Assembly (NCBI GenBank): GCA_038868075.1
Contig: JAWBXB010000002.1
Coordinates: forward strand, 7,375-71,374
Source of the DNA: Candidatus Bathyarchaeia archaeon
GTDB taxonomy: Archaea > Thermoproteota > Bathyarchaeia > Bathyarchaeales > DTEX01
Length of the DNA: 64,000 bases
Reading direction: 5' to 3'
Position numbers and translations under genes: made by a program. This document shows, in pieces, positions 9,528 to 18,584 of this stretch; the stretch's first letter is position 1, and every line of letters begins with the position of its first letter. Below the pieces are notes generated by a model. The model was not told the origin of the DNA. It saw only the letters and a program-made list of their open reading frames with translations, and did no database searches.

Positions 9528-9932
9528 TTGGAGTTTACATTTAAGGGTCGACCGATTGTTTCTGGCAGCGCTAAAGGAGAAGCATTAGTTTCAACAAAAC
9601 CACTGAGCTTTTTGGGGGGTGTTGATCCGAAAACGGGAGTTATAATTGAAAAGGGGCATGATTTGTATGGTAAAAGCATTAAGGATGCGATTTTATGCTT
9701 TCCACATGGACATGGTTCCACAGTAGGTAGCTTTGTACTTTATACGATCGCGAAAAATGGTTTAGCTCCTAAGGCAATAGTGAATACCAGAGCTGATCCG
9801 GTTGTAGTTGTCGGAGCAGTTATTGCTAGCATACCGATGGTTGACGGGATAGACGTTACAAAGATAAAGACTGGTGATATTATAGAAGTTGATGGTGAAA
9901 CTGGAATAGTTAAGATTTATAGGAGAAGTTAG
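9528..9932 (+). CDS. aconitase X swivel-domain protein (DUF126), putative phosphomevalonate dehydratase small subunit
   Basis: 134 aa. The sequence GRPIVSGSAKGEALVSTKPLSFLGGVDPKTGVI...GKSI is characteristic of the AcnX small subunit. It lies immediately upstream of the DUF521-type large subunit. Confidence 0.75.
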   Translation: MEFTFKGRPIVSGSAKGEALVSTKPLSFLGGVDPKTGVIIEKGHDLYGKSIKDAILCFPHGHGSTVGSFVLYTIAKNGLAPKAIVNTRADPVVVVGAVIASIPMVDGIDVTKIKTGDIIEVDGETGIVKIYRRS

Positions 9933-9936
9933 ATAG

Positions 9937-11115
9937 ATGTATCTGACTAGGGAAGAGGAAAAAATCTATAATGGTGAATTCGGCTGGGCCTATCAAATTT
10001 CAATAAAAATTCTTGTTAAGCTAGGTGAGCTCTATGGGGCCAAGCGTCTCATACCCATTGATTCAGCGCATATTTCCGGGGTATCCTATAGGACAATTGG
10101 TGATGCGTCAATAGAGTTTCTTAGAGCGTTATTATCCTCTGGTGGAAGGGTCAGGGTCAGAGCAACAACAAATCCTTCTGGGGTGGAATATGGAAATCCG
10201 ATATTCGCATTTATGCAGCGTGATCTTATTGAAAAGCAAAAAGAAATAATGAAACTGTATAGGGAGATGGGAGTGGACTTAACCCTAACATGTACACCAT
10301 ATTATTTGGAGTCTCCTAGAAGCGGATCGCACTTATCTTGGGCCGAATCTTCAGCTGTAATTTACGCCAATTCGATATTGAATGCCTGGACGAATCGTGA
10401 AGGTGGACCGAGTGCTCTTGCATCAGCATTAGTTGGTAAGACACCGGATTATGGGATGCATCAGCCTGAGAATCGTCGTGCATCCGTACTAGTTAAAATT
10501 GGGGCAAAAATTGAGAGTGAGGCTGATTATGGTGCTTTGGGTATATATTTAGGTAAAGTTTTGGGTGATAGAATTCCATTAATCCATGGCTTACCGAGCG
10601 ACGAAGAACATCTCCTTAAGCAGATGGGCGCTGGAATGGCTACAAGCGGGATGATTTCAATGTTTTACTTGAGTAATAGGGGGAAGGAGAACTCTGAGAT
10701 AAGCGAGACAATAACAGTAGACGACAAAGATATCCACAATATTTATGAAGAACTTTCATCCTCCTCCGAGAAACCGGATCTTATTTTTATTGGATGCCCA
10801 CATTGTTCACTTAATGAGATTAAGTCTATTGCAGGTCTTCTTAGAGGGAGAAAGATTAAGGACGATACTAAATTATGGGTTTGCACGTCGAGATTTGTCC
10901 GTGAAAAAGCGGGAGATTACGTGAAAATAATCGAGTTATCAGGTGGACATGTTATATGCGATACATGCGCTGTTGTTACATGGTTAAAGGATCTTGGTGT
11001 AGAAACGTTAATGACTAGCTCAGCGAAGACAGCATACTATGCACCATTAATGAGTAAAGTTAAAGTTTTATTCTCATCTTTAAAAGAATGCGTAAAAATG
11101 GCATGCTCAGAATAA
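9937..11115 (+). CDS. aconitase X catalytic-domain protein (DUF521), putative phosphomevalonate dehydratase large subunit
   Basis: 392 aa starting MYLTREEEKIYNGEFGWAYQ. It is paired with the DUF126 ORF 4 nt upstream. Confidence 0.75.
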   Translation: MYLTREEEKIYNGEFGWAYQISIKILVKLGELYGAKRLIPIDSAHISGVSYRTIGDASIEFLRALLSSGGRVRVRATTNPSGVEYGNPIFAFMQRDLIEKQKEIMKLYREMGVDLTLTCTPYYLESPRSGSHLSWAESSAVIYANSILNAWTNREGGPSALASALVGKTPDYGMHQPENRRASVLVKIGAKIESEADYGALGIYLGKVLGDRIPLIHGLPSDEEHLLKQMGAGMATSGMISMFYLSNRGKENSEISETITVDDKDIHNIYEELSSSSEKPDLIFIGCPHCSLNEIKSIAGLLRGRKIKDDTKLWVCTSRFVREKAGDYVKIIELSGGHVICDTCAVVTWLKDLGVETLMTSSAKTAYYAPLMSKVKVLFSSLKECVKMACSE

Positions 11116-11126
11116 ATTTTGAGGAG

Positions 11127-12479
11127 CTATTTAAATTCGAATTTAATCCTATCGATTATTTTAGCGGCTTTATCGGTCAGAGGTATGCTGGCTCTATCAA
11201 ATCTTTCTCTTGGCATCCTTAGTGGTCGTGTGGCATCTATTCCAACTTTAGCTGTTAATCCCGTCTCCATGTCCGCGGATGGATCGAGTGTTGACCCTCT
11301 CACATTCTTAATTATTAATAAGTCCTCACTTGCTTGGAATCGTGTTGCAATAGCCCACTCAACCTCCCTAAGGTTAAAAACATCTATATCCATGTCGACC
11401 ACGATTGCGTGTTTTAAGCTTGGATGTGCTGCAAAAGCCGCTAATAAAGCATTCTTTGCGTCACCATCGGTTTGTTTTTCAATGGAGATTACAGCATGAA
11501 GCCATCCGCATCCACCAAAGGAAAGATTAACTGCTTTAACTTTGGGCACAACTCTTGAAACAGCATCATAAATCGCAGCTTCTCTAGGTAAGCCCATTAA
11601 CAGCATATGCTCAGGTCCGCCTGGCAAAAGAGCTTGGTAAATATAATTCTCCCTATGCATTACATTAACAATTTCCACGATGGGCTGAAGACGTTGTGTA
11701 TCATACGCTCCAGTTATATCCACGAATGGTCCCTCCAGCGCTTCCTCGGATCTTGATATTCTTCCCTCAAGTATGATCTCAGATTCTGAGGGCGCGTAAG
11801 CCTCAACCCTTTCACATTTAACCAATTTAAGGTTGCCTTCAAGTAATCTATTAGCGACGCCATACTCGCTGACCCCAAATGGTGGTGATGAGGAGGCTGC
11901 AAGGAGTATGGCTGGATGTACACCTATAGCTATTGCAACATCAAGATCTCTACCAGCGTTCTTTGCTAGATTCCAAAGCTTAAATAAATGTCTTGGAACA
12001 AGTCTTATAACAAGTCGCTTATTATCTAATACAAGGAGTCGGTGGACTGAAACGTTCTCGATACTTCCATTAGGGCTTCTAGCTGATACGATAGCTGAGG
12101 TTATATAGGGTCCAGCGTCACGCTCAAAATGTTTTAAAACTGGAATTTTTAGGAGGTTTGGCTCCTCAACAACCTCTTTAACCGGAGAATCATCAATTAT
12201 TTTTGGGGGCATAGGATTGTTTATGGCTTCAATGATTTTTTTATACATTCCCTCTTCCGTCACTTTTAGAGCCTTATATAATCTCTTTCTCGTTGCACAT
12301 ACATTTCCAACAACTTTTACATCATATCCTTCGACATTATCGAAGAATATTATTGGTGCGTTTTGCGAAGACAAAAAATTCATTATGGCTGAAATTTCGA
12401 ATACTGGTGAAACTTTTTCCCTTATATGAATTACTTCGTTAAGATCTTCCATGCTTGTAAGAAAATCCCTAAGGCTCAT
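11127..12479 (-). CDS. UbiD-family prenyl-FMN-dependent decarboxylase, candidate anhydromevalonate-phosphate decarboxylase
   Basis: 450 aa with UbiD-family length and layout. It converges on the AcnX pair with an 11-nt gap. Confidence 0.75.
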   Translation of the reverse strand: MSLRDFLTSMEDLNEVIHIREKVSPVFEISAIMNFLSSQNAPIIFFDNVEGYDVKVVGNVCATRKRLYKALKVTEEGMYKKIIEAINNPMPPKIIDDSPVKEVVEEPNLLKIPVLKHFERDAGPYITSAIVSARSPNGSIENVSVHRLLVLDNKRLVIRLVPRHLFKLWNLAKNAGRDLDVAIAIGVHPAILLAASSSPPFGVSEYGVANRLLEGNLKLVKCERVEAYAPSESEIILEGRISRSEEALEGPFVDITGAYDTQRLQPIVEIVNVMHRENYIYQALLPGGPEHMLLMGLPREAAIYDAVSRVVPKVKAVNLSFGGCGWLHAVISIEKQTDGDAKNALLAAFAAHPSLKHAIVVDMDIDVFNLREVEWAIATRFQASEDLLIIKNVRGSTLDPSADMETGLTAKVGIDATRPLRMPRERFDRASIPLTDKAAKIIDRIKFEFK

Positions 12480-12834
12480 ATTGCCCCCCGCTCTTTTTTA
12501 GAATTTTCTCCAGGAGCCTTATGAATATTTGTCCAACTTTCATTTCATCAATGGTCTTCACAAACACCGAGACTAAAACAATCTTTTTTGTGACCGCTGC
12601 TAATCTTTCAGCTATTGATCTTGCAGAAACAATATGGCGCTCACCTAGAATCACTGAAGAAACCGGCAACCTAGAAATCTCTGGTCTCATTGGTATAGAA
12701 ATAGATAATGTTCCAAGATTCTCCTCTCCCTCACTTAAGAAAACTATATAGGAATTCCCCAGCTCTATCACTGTAGCTAGTAGTGTTTTTCCATCTTCTA
12801 CAACTTCCTCATGAAAAACTTTAGCCTTATACAA
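12469..12834 (-). CDS. small UbiD-associated protein, possibly an LpdD-like prenyl-flavin chaperone
   Basis: 121 aa overlapping the UbiD start by 11 nt. The pattern GKTLLATVIELGNSYIVFLSEGEENLGTLSISIP...VILGERHIVSARSIAERLA...VLVSV resembles what I recall of LpdD-type partners. This is unverified. Confidence 0.4.
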   Translation of the reverse strand: MYKAKVFHEEVVEDGKTLLATVIELGNSYIVFLSEGEENLGTLSISIPMRPEISRLPVSSVILGERHIVSARSIAERLAAVTKKIVLVSVFVKTIDEMKVGQIFIRLLEKILKKSGGQYEP

Positions 12835-12862
12835 TATCTCATCGACCTATATTCCCAAAAAT

Positions 12863-13648
12863 TTAGATGCTGGATAATAGTTTCCTTAACTCTTCACCGT
12901 TTCTTTTCCACCAGCTAAAAAGTATTCTTAAATCAACACCAATATTGAAGTTGCGAACGCCCATCTCAATATATCTTTTTGCCTCTTCAGGGCTGCTTAT
13001 TTCCGCTCTTGGGGCTATACCCATTTTAAGAGCGGTTTTAATAGTTTTTTCCTCTGCTTCTCTAACTTTAGGATGATTTATCTCTCCCGGTAAACCTATG
13101 CTTATTGAATAATCAGATGGACCAAATTGCACCATGTCTATACCTTCAACTAACAATATTTCTTCAAGTTTTTCAACAGCGGATTTCTTCTCAATCATTA
13201 GTGCGACTACAGCGTCTTCACATATCTTCACTAAATCTGCTGGCGAGGCTGAAACACCTACATAACCAACTCTCCTATCCATTCTATAGCCATTTATACC
13301 TTTTGGCTCCATCCTAACAGATCTAACGGCTTCTTCGGCATCCTCAATGGTTCTTATGTCCGCGAAGAGAATATTCTGAATCCCGGAGGCTAACGCCCTC
13401 TCAGCCAAATAAGTTCTTGGTTGCTGGTCAATTTTTATCATCGTCGATAGACCAACGAGCTCAGCGGCTCTAGCTAAGTTATCTAAATCATGCAGGTCAT
13501 ATGGTCCATATTCACTTAAAAATTCAACATAATCATACATGCCAGTATACCCAATTACCTCAACTAAACCCGGCCATGGACATATTATTCTTGTTCCGAG
13601 AGTCGGCTCGCCTTTTCTTAAGAGCTCCCTAAGTCTATTAACCCTCAA
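12863..13648 (-). CDS. HpcH/HpaI-family aldolase
   Basis: 261 aa starting RVNRLRELLRKGEPTLGT, a TIM-barrel aldolase/citrate-lyase-beta pattern. It is on the same strand and directly upstream of the LpdD-like/UbiD pair. Confidence 0.7.
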   Translation of the reverse strand: MRVNRLRELLRKGEPTLGTRIICPWPGLVEVIGYTGMYDYVEFLSEYGPYDLHDLDNLARAAELVGLSTMIKIDQQPRTYLAERALASGIQNILFADIRTIEDAEEAVRSVRMEPKGINGYRMDRRVGYVGVSASPADLVKICEDAVVALMIEKKSAVEKLEEILLVEGIDMVQFGPSDYSISIGLPGEINHPKVREAEEKTIKTALKMGIAPRAEISSPEEAKRYIEMGVRNFNIGVDLRILFSWWKRNGEELRKLLSSI

Positions 13649-13739
13649 ATAACTCCCTCCTTAAATTTCCATACACATTCTTGGTAAGACGCCTATAAAC
13701 TTAATGTGAAGTAACATTAATTTTTCTTAGGGAATAGGA

Positions 13740-14407
13740 ATGAATGAGAATGGATATTTAAGGGCGAAAAGAATTTTATGGATTTTAAAAGATCATTTTC
13801 CAATTCCTAGTTTATCAGATATTTGTAGGGATCCATTTAAAGTTTTAGTGAGAACAATAATAAGTCAGTCCACATCGGAGACAAATACGGAGAGAGCTTT
13901 CAACAATTTATTGAATAAGATTCATGTAACGCTGAAAAATCTAGCCAAAGCTGAAATCAAGGATATTGAAGATGCCTTAAGAATTGCTGGTTTACATAGA
14001 AACAAACAATTATTCTCAAGGAGCTCTCAAAAATTATAATTGAGAAGTTTAATGGAGAACTTAACTTTATATATTCTCTTCCATTGAGCGAAGCTAGAAA
14101 AGTGCTTTTGAGCCTACCTGGTATAGGTCCAAAGACAGCTGATATCCTTTTGCTGTTTTGCGCTGGAAAACCAGTTTTGCCAGTAGATACTCATGTTAAC
14201 AGGGTTTCAAAAAGACTCGGTTTAGTTTCATTAGATGATAAAGATTATGACTCTATTAGGATGAAGCTCGAAGGCTTATATGCACCAGAGGATTATTTCG
14301 CTGTTCATATGCTCTTTATTGCTTTAGGAAGAAAATATTGCAAAGCCTTGAAACCACTTTGCAATTTATGTCCACTTAACGGCTTATGTCCTTCAGCAAA
14401 GTTTTAG
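13740..14407 (+). pseudogene. nth: endonuclease III (Nth) interrupted by a 1-nt frameshift
   Basis: The first ORF (13740-14039) carries the HhH-GPD N-terminal part and ends ...IAGLHRNKQLFSRSSQKL*. The second frame reads (K)QTIILKELSKIIIEKFNGELNF...LPGIGPKTADILL...VDTHVNRV...CKALKPLCNLCPLNGLC, which covers the HhH motif, the catalytic region and the 4Fe-4S cluster loop. The frames join if one nucleotide is restored around 14007-14009. Confidence 0.75.
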
Positions 14408-15695
14408 AGTTCTTTGTAAAGACTTCAATCTCATTACCCCTCTCATCCAACTTTATCTGCCCGACGTGAATTCTTGATATCGCCTCATTAACATTAGTGT
14501 AAATTTTTAATACTCCTCTTTCAAAGTCAATATCACAGATAGTTCCAATCCCTAATACTCTGTCCTCATCATCCTCTAAAGCTACAATTAAACCTCTCTC
14601 TCTCCCTGCATACATAGTTTTTATCGGCTTATTAAATTCCGCGGTGAGTTTCGCTTTTTCTTCATCGGTAAGTGTAGCCCCCTCTTTTAGCACAACAATC
14701 ATACTGTCTTGCGAATTCTCGCAATAAATAATTTTGTTGCCAATAATTTCCTCGATTTTTCCCTTTAGAGCTTGATCCATTCTGCCCTTAATCTCTAAGT
14801 TTCCATCAATTTTTACCCAACTCAGTGGGATGGAACGAACCTTCACGTTTTTCAGATACTTCTTATACAAAGTTTCTCTAATGATTTTCCTTGTTTCCTT
14901 ATCCCTCTTCTTCACGTTCTTCGGAACATCAATTAATAACACTTCAGTTTCTGTATCAATGTTGGTTAATGAGTTTATTATGGGCTCTAACTCCCTATCA
15001 TTCTGTATTGCTACAATAAATTTTGGTTTTAGACTTTTAATTAGGTGGCATTTATAGTTTACCGCGGCACCCCCTTCAATCCAGCCATCAGTATTAATTA
15101 TTATGAAGTCTGAACCCATTTTTAGGGCTTCATCTCTTAATTTAACTAAACCGTTTATTACATGATCAACTACGTTATATGGGCTTGTAACACCTACAAA
15201 TATCATTCGGTCTGGATTAAGGGTAAATGGGTCGACGAATGGCTTCTTTATCATACTTAAGCCTAACGTTCCAGGCGGACCTATATCGGATTGCCCTAGA
15301 TCTCCATCTACAAGCGATACATTACGCCCATTATTCAGGGCTGTGTTGGCTAAGTATACGCAGAAGCTAGTTTTACCAGAGTCAACGTTTCCTAATATGA
15401 TGACTTCCACTTTATCATTAACTGAGATAATCCTATTTGATGCGCTCTTCCAGGAAGATGGTATTGGATCTTCTTCGGTTATATTGCATGAAGCATTATT
15501 TCCTAGTAATATTTCAATCTGAGAGTTCTCAATTACTTCAAAGGGTATTCGTCTGCCTATTCTAATGATGAAGTGATCCCCACTTTTTATTGGGGCTTCG
15601 AAAGCTTTCAAGGCACCTGAGTATAATGCAATGCATGCTGGCCCATCAATTAAAATGGTTTTACCCTTTTCAACATTTTGTCTCATCCGCAACAC
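14376..15695 (-). CDS. Clp1/Grc3-family polynucleotide 5'-hydroxyl kinase
   Basis: 439 aa. It has the P-loop ILGNVDSGKTSF followed by LVDGDLGQSDIGPPGT, which matches the archaeal Clp1 signature. Confidence 0.7.
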   Translation of the reverse strand: MLRMRQNVEKGKTILIDGPACIALYSGALKAFEAPIKSGDHFIIRIGRRIPFEVIENSQIEILLGNNASCNITEEDPIPSSWKSASNRIISVNDKVEVIILGNVDSGKTSFCVYLANTALNNGRNVSLVDGDLGQSDIGPPGTLGLSMIKKPFVDPFTLNPDRMIFVGVTSPYNVVDHVINGLVKLRDEALKMGSDFIIINTDGWIEGGAAVNYKCHLIKSLKPKFIVAIQNDRELEPIINSLTNIDTETEVLLIDVPKNVKKRDKETRKIIRETLYKKYLKNVKVRSIPLSWVKIDGNLEIKGRMDQALKGKIEEIIGNKIIYCENSQDSMIVVLKEGATLTDEEKAKLTAEFNKPIKTMYAGRERGLIVALEDDEDRVLGIGTICDIDFERGVLKIYTNVNEAISRIHVGQIKLDERGNEIEVFTKNSKTLLKDISR

Positions 15696-16317
15696 TCCTT
15701 AAGCGTACCTCACCCTTTTTTGAAGCTATTTTTATTGCAGAATCAGCATCACTTATTTTCCTCTTAAATCCAGCGTTTTTGAGGGTGCTTGTACCAGTCT
15801 CGTCAACCATTTCAATAACAACATTTTCTGGAAGAGACTTTTCTAATCTACGCGTAAATTCCTCCGCTAAATTTGACACGCCTTTTCCAATCCTAATTAT
15901 TTGAGTCTTGGAGGGGGTTCTCTTTAACTCAACGAACACGGTATCTATTGCTTCTTCTATATTTGAAAACTCTTCTCTCCTTAAAATTTTACCATCAGCA
16001 AGAACAGCTATGCCAAATGTTTTTCCCGGATCAACCCCAATAATCAATTCCTCATAAAAATTTTTACTCATAATTATTCTTAGCGCATTATTTACGATGT
16101 TTGATGGATCCGTTTCAGGATCATAAGTTATGATCTGTTGGTGATTTATTAAGGATTTTTCACTATCGGTTGTTAATACAACTTCAATTGATTGTGGAAT
16201 TGGCTCTCCTGGCACCAGACTTATAAAGGATATACCCTTACTCTTAAGTTCATTGACAAGTTTATAGTAAGCTTTACCCGAAACAGTTGCAACAGCTATT
16301 TTAGGTCGGCTCTTCAT
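15670..16317 (-). CDS. predicted RNase H-fold (RuvC/YqgF-like) nuclease-like protein
   Basis: 215 aa. The C-terminal half has IIGVDPGKTFGIAVLADGK ... VDETGTS, an acidic-residue pattern of RNase H-fold nucleases. It overlaps the Clp1 start by 26 nt. Confidence 0.45.
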   Translation of the reverse strand: MKSRPKIAVATVSGKAYYKLVNELKSKGISFISLVPGEPIPQSIEVVLTTDSEKSLINHQQIITYDPETDPSNIVNNALRIIMSKNFYEELIIGVDPGKTFGIAVLADGKILRREEFSNIEEAIDTVFVELKRTPSKTQIIRIGKGVSNLAEEFTRRLEKSLPENVVIEMVDETGTSTLKNAGFKRKISDADSAIKIASKKGEVRLRSVADETKC

Positions 16318-16390
16318 AAATTACGTCGAACCTTCCTCTTCTTAATTTACTACAGAAAAGACTAAATTTAAATTTAACCCATCTTAATTC

Positions 16391-17095
16391 GTGAGACGTT
16401 GGATACCTACTGGATGTCTTCAATTAGATAGAATATTAGAGGGTGGACTTAGGCCTGGGGAGCTAACACTTATTTATGGTGAGGCTGAAACTGGCAAAAC
16501 AAGCTTAGCCATTCAGTGTTCTGTGAATTCGGCGAGAATGGGTTATAAAGTGCTATTTGTTGATGCTGATGGAACTTTCTCTCCTCAAAGACTTATGCAA
16601 ATAGCCTTGCAGGACTTTAATGAGGCTTCACAGTTAATAGTTCTTCTTTCACCCTTAACATTTGAGGAGCAGTCTAGACTGGTAGACGATTTAGAAAAAT
16701 ATGTTAGTGGAAGACTGGGCTTAGTAGTTTTTGACACAATAACATCTTTATATCGTGCGGAGATTGGGAGTAAAGAAGAGACTTTTAAGGCTAATAGGGA
16801 GCTTAATCGTCAAATTGCGACACTTACACATATTGCAAAAAAATTTCAAGTGCCAATTTTAATTACAAGTCAAGTAAGAAATGTCCTAACCGATGTGGAT
16901 GCTCTTGTAGAACCCGTTGCAGCAAGAGTTCTTAGGTATTGGTCAACAACCGTTCTTGGCTTATTTAAGACGAGTAAACATGGTATAGTTAGGGCTGTTG
17001 TTGAGAAAACTGGTGGAATCGAAAAGAAGATAACCCTCTATCTATTTGTAGGAGAAAATGGAGTATATGAGTACAATAAACTAGATACTCGATAG
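16391..17095 (+). CDS. radB: RadB-type RecA-superfamily ATPase
   Basis: 234 aa. It has Walker A GEAETGKTS and Walker B LVVFDTI and lacks the N-terminal HhH domain of RadA. The start is GTG. Confidence 0.75.
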   Translation: MRRWIPTGCLQLDRILEGGLRPGELTLIYGEAETGKTSLAIQCSVNSARMGYKVLFVDADGTFSPQRLMQIALQDFNEASQLIVLLSPLTFEEQSRLVDDLEKYVSGRLGLVVFDTITSLYRAEIGSKEETFKANRELNRQIATLTHIAKKFQVPILITSQVRNVLTDVDALVEPVAARVLRYWSTTVLGLFKTSKHGIVRAVVEKTGGIEKKITLYLFVGENGVYEYNKLDTR

Positions 17096-17107
17096 GTTGG
17101 ACTAACA

Positions 17108-17626
17108 ATGTCCATTATTAATGAAATATTTAATGCCCTCTATTATATTTTTCCAGCATATTGCGCAAATGCTGCGCCAGTAATTTTTGGAGGAGGTAAA
17201 CCGATTGATTGCGGTAAAAAATTTCTTGATGGTAAGCCAATATTTGGCTCGCACAAAACTTACAGAGGCTTCATATCCGGGCTGTTAATTGGCACATTTA
17301 TTGGTTGGCTTCAGGAATTCATCGCGCCAAAAGCTGGTTTACCTAGCGGAAGCACATTTTTGGGATTCATTCTCTCTTTAGGCGCTCTTATAGGTGATTT
17401 AGTTGGCTCATTTATAAAGAGAAGATTAAATCTTAAGCCTGGAACACCGCTTCCAATAGTTGATCAATTAGATTTTGTAGTGTTCGCTCTCTCGTTCGCG
17501 TTAATCGTTAACCCCTATTTTATATCCTCACTAAGCGTAATTTTGATAATAATTTTGACTGGTCCAATACATGTACTAGCAAACATTATAGCCTATTTGT
17601 TACATCTAAAGGATAATCCTTGGTAG
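17108..17626 (+). CDS. carS: CDP-archaeol synthase
   Basis: 172-aa polytopic membrane protein with FPAYCANAAPVIFGGGKPID...GSHKTYRGF, typical of CarS (DUF46). Confidence 0.75.
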   Translation: MSIINEIFNALYYIFPAYCANAAPVIFGGGKPIDCGKKFLDGKPIFGSHKTYRGFISGLLIGTFIGWLQEFIAPKAGLPSGSTFLGFILSLGALIGDLVGSFIKRRLNLKPGTPLPIVDQLDFVVFALSFALIVNPYFISSLSVILIIILTGPIHVLANIIAYLLHLKDNPW

Positions 17627-17687
17627 CGGCAACTGCCATTATGGTGAGAGTTTTCTTTTATATCAGTTTCTCTTATATTAATAGCGT

Positions 17688-18584
17688 ATGGGTCTTTCAA
17701 TCTTTAAATCAGTTAAGGAATTATTCTGTACATGTCTTCCAAAATATAATGTAAACCCATATTTGGGCAGGTGTGGTCATAACTGTATATATTGTTACGC
17801 AATTAAATTTCCAAGCTTCATGGGACCAACTCTTCCACGGCTTAAACTTAAGGAGGAGTTTTCTAAGATGGTTAAAGGAGCAAGATTTCGTTTACCAGTT
17901 ATGCTCAGTGACTCTACCGATCCTTATCAACCACTCGAGAGAGAATATGAGATAACTAGAAAATGCTTAGAGATTTTAGCTGAACATAAATTTCCGATAT
18001 TGATAGTTACAAAGTCTGATCTTGTTGTTAGAGATATTGATGTTTTTAAGAGGACTTTAACTGTTATTTCAATGAGTATAACCACTAGTCGGGATGAGAT
18101 TGCTAGTCTTATAGAACCTAATGCTCCTAAACCTCATGCAAGATTCTTAGCTCTGAAAAAAATCGCTGAGGAAAATATACCCACAGTTGTTAGGATAGAT
18201 CCAATAATACCCTCAATTAACTCAGATATGAATGATCTTGAAAAAATAGTTTTAGAAGCCTCTAGAATAGGTGTGAAGCAAATAACGGCTTCAACTATGA
18301 AGATAGTTAAGGGATTACTGCCCTTCATAAAAAGCGTAAATCCATCCCTCTCAAGGAAGCTGGCGGAACTTTATGTTGATGGCGAATGGATTAGAGGCTA
18401 TAAATACTTGAATAGAAGCTTAAGACTGAGGATTTTGGCAGGTCTAAAGGCCATAGTTGAAGGGTACGGGTTAAAATTCGCAACATGCAGGGAAGGCTTT
18501 CCATCACTAAACACAACAATATGCGATGGAACCTCATATTGTCGGAAAACCTTAGGCGAATTCATAACCCAAAAAAGGGATTAG
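17688..18584 (+). CDS. radical SAM protein (SplB/COG1533-like)
   Basis: 298 aa with a CGHNCIYCYA CxxxCxxC cluster. Confidence 0.7.
   Translation: MGLSIFKSVKELFCTCLPKYNVNPYLGRCGHNCIYCYAIKFPSFMGPTLPRLKLKEEFSKMVKGARFRLPVMLSDSTDPYQPLEREYEITRKCLEILAEHKFPILIVTKSDLVVRDIDVFKRTLTVISMSITTSRDEIASLIEPNAPKPHARFLALKKIAEENIPTVVRIDPIIPSINSDMNDLEKIVLEASRIGVKQITASTMKIVKGLLPFIKSVNPSLSRKLAELYVDGEWIRGYKYLNRSLRLRILAGLKAIVEGYGLKFATCREGFPSLNTTICDGTSYCRKTLGEFITQKRD

Noticed and set aside
13995-14040. The nth split as a second protein-coding BHB intron
   Set aside because: The two frames abut without any inserted sequence. A single-nucleotide indel restores the expected residue spacing.
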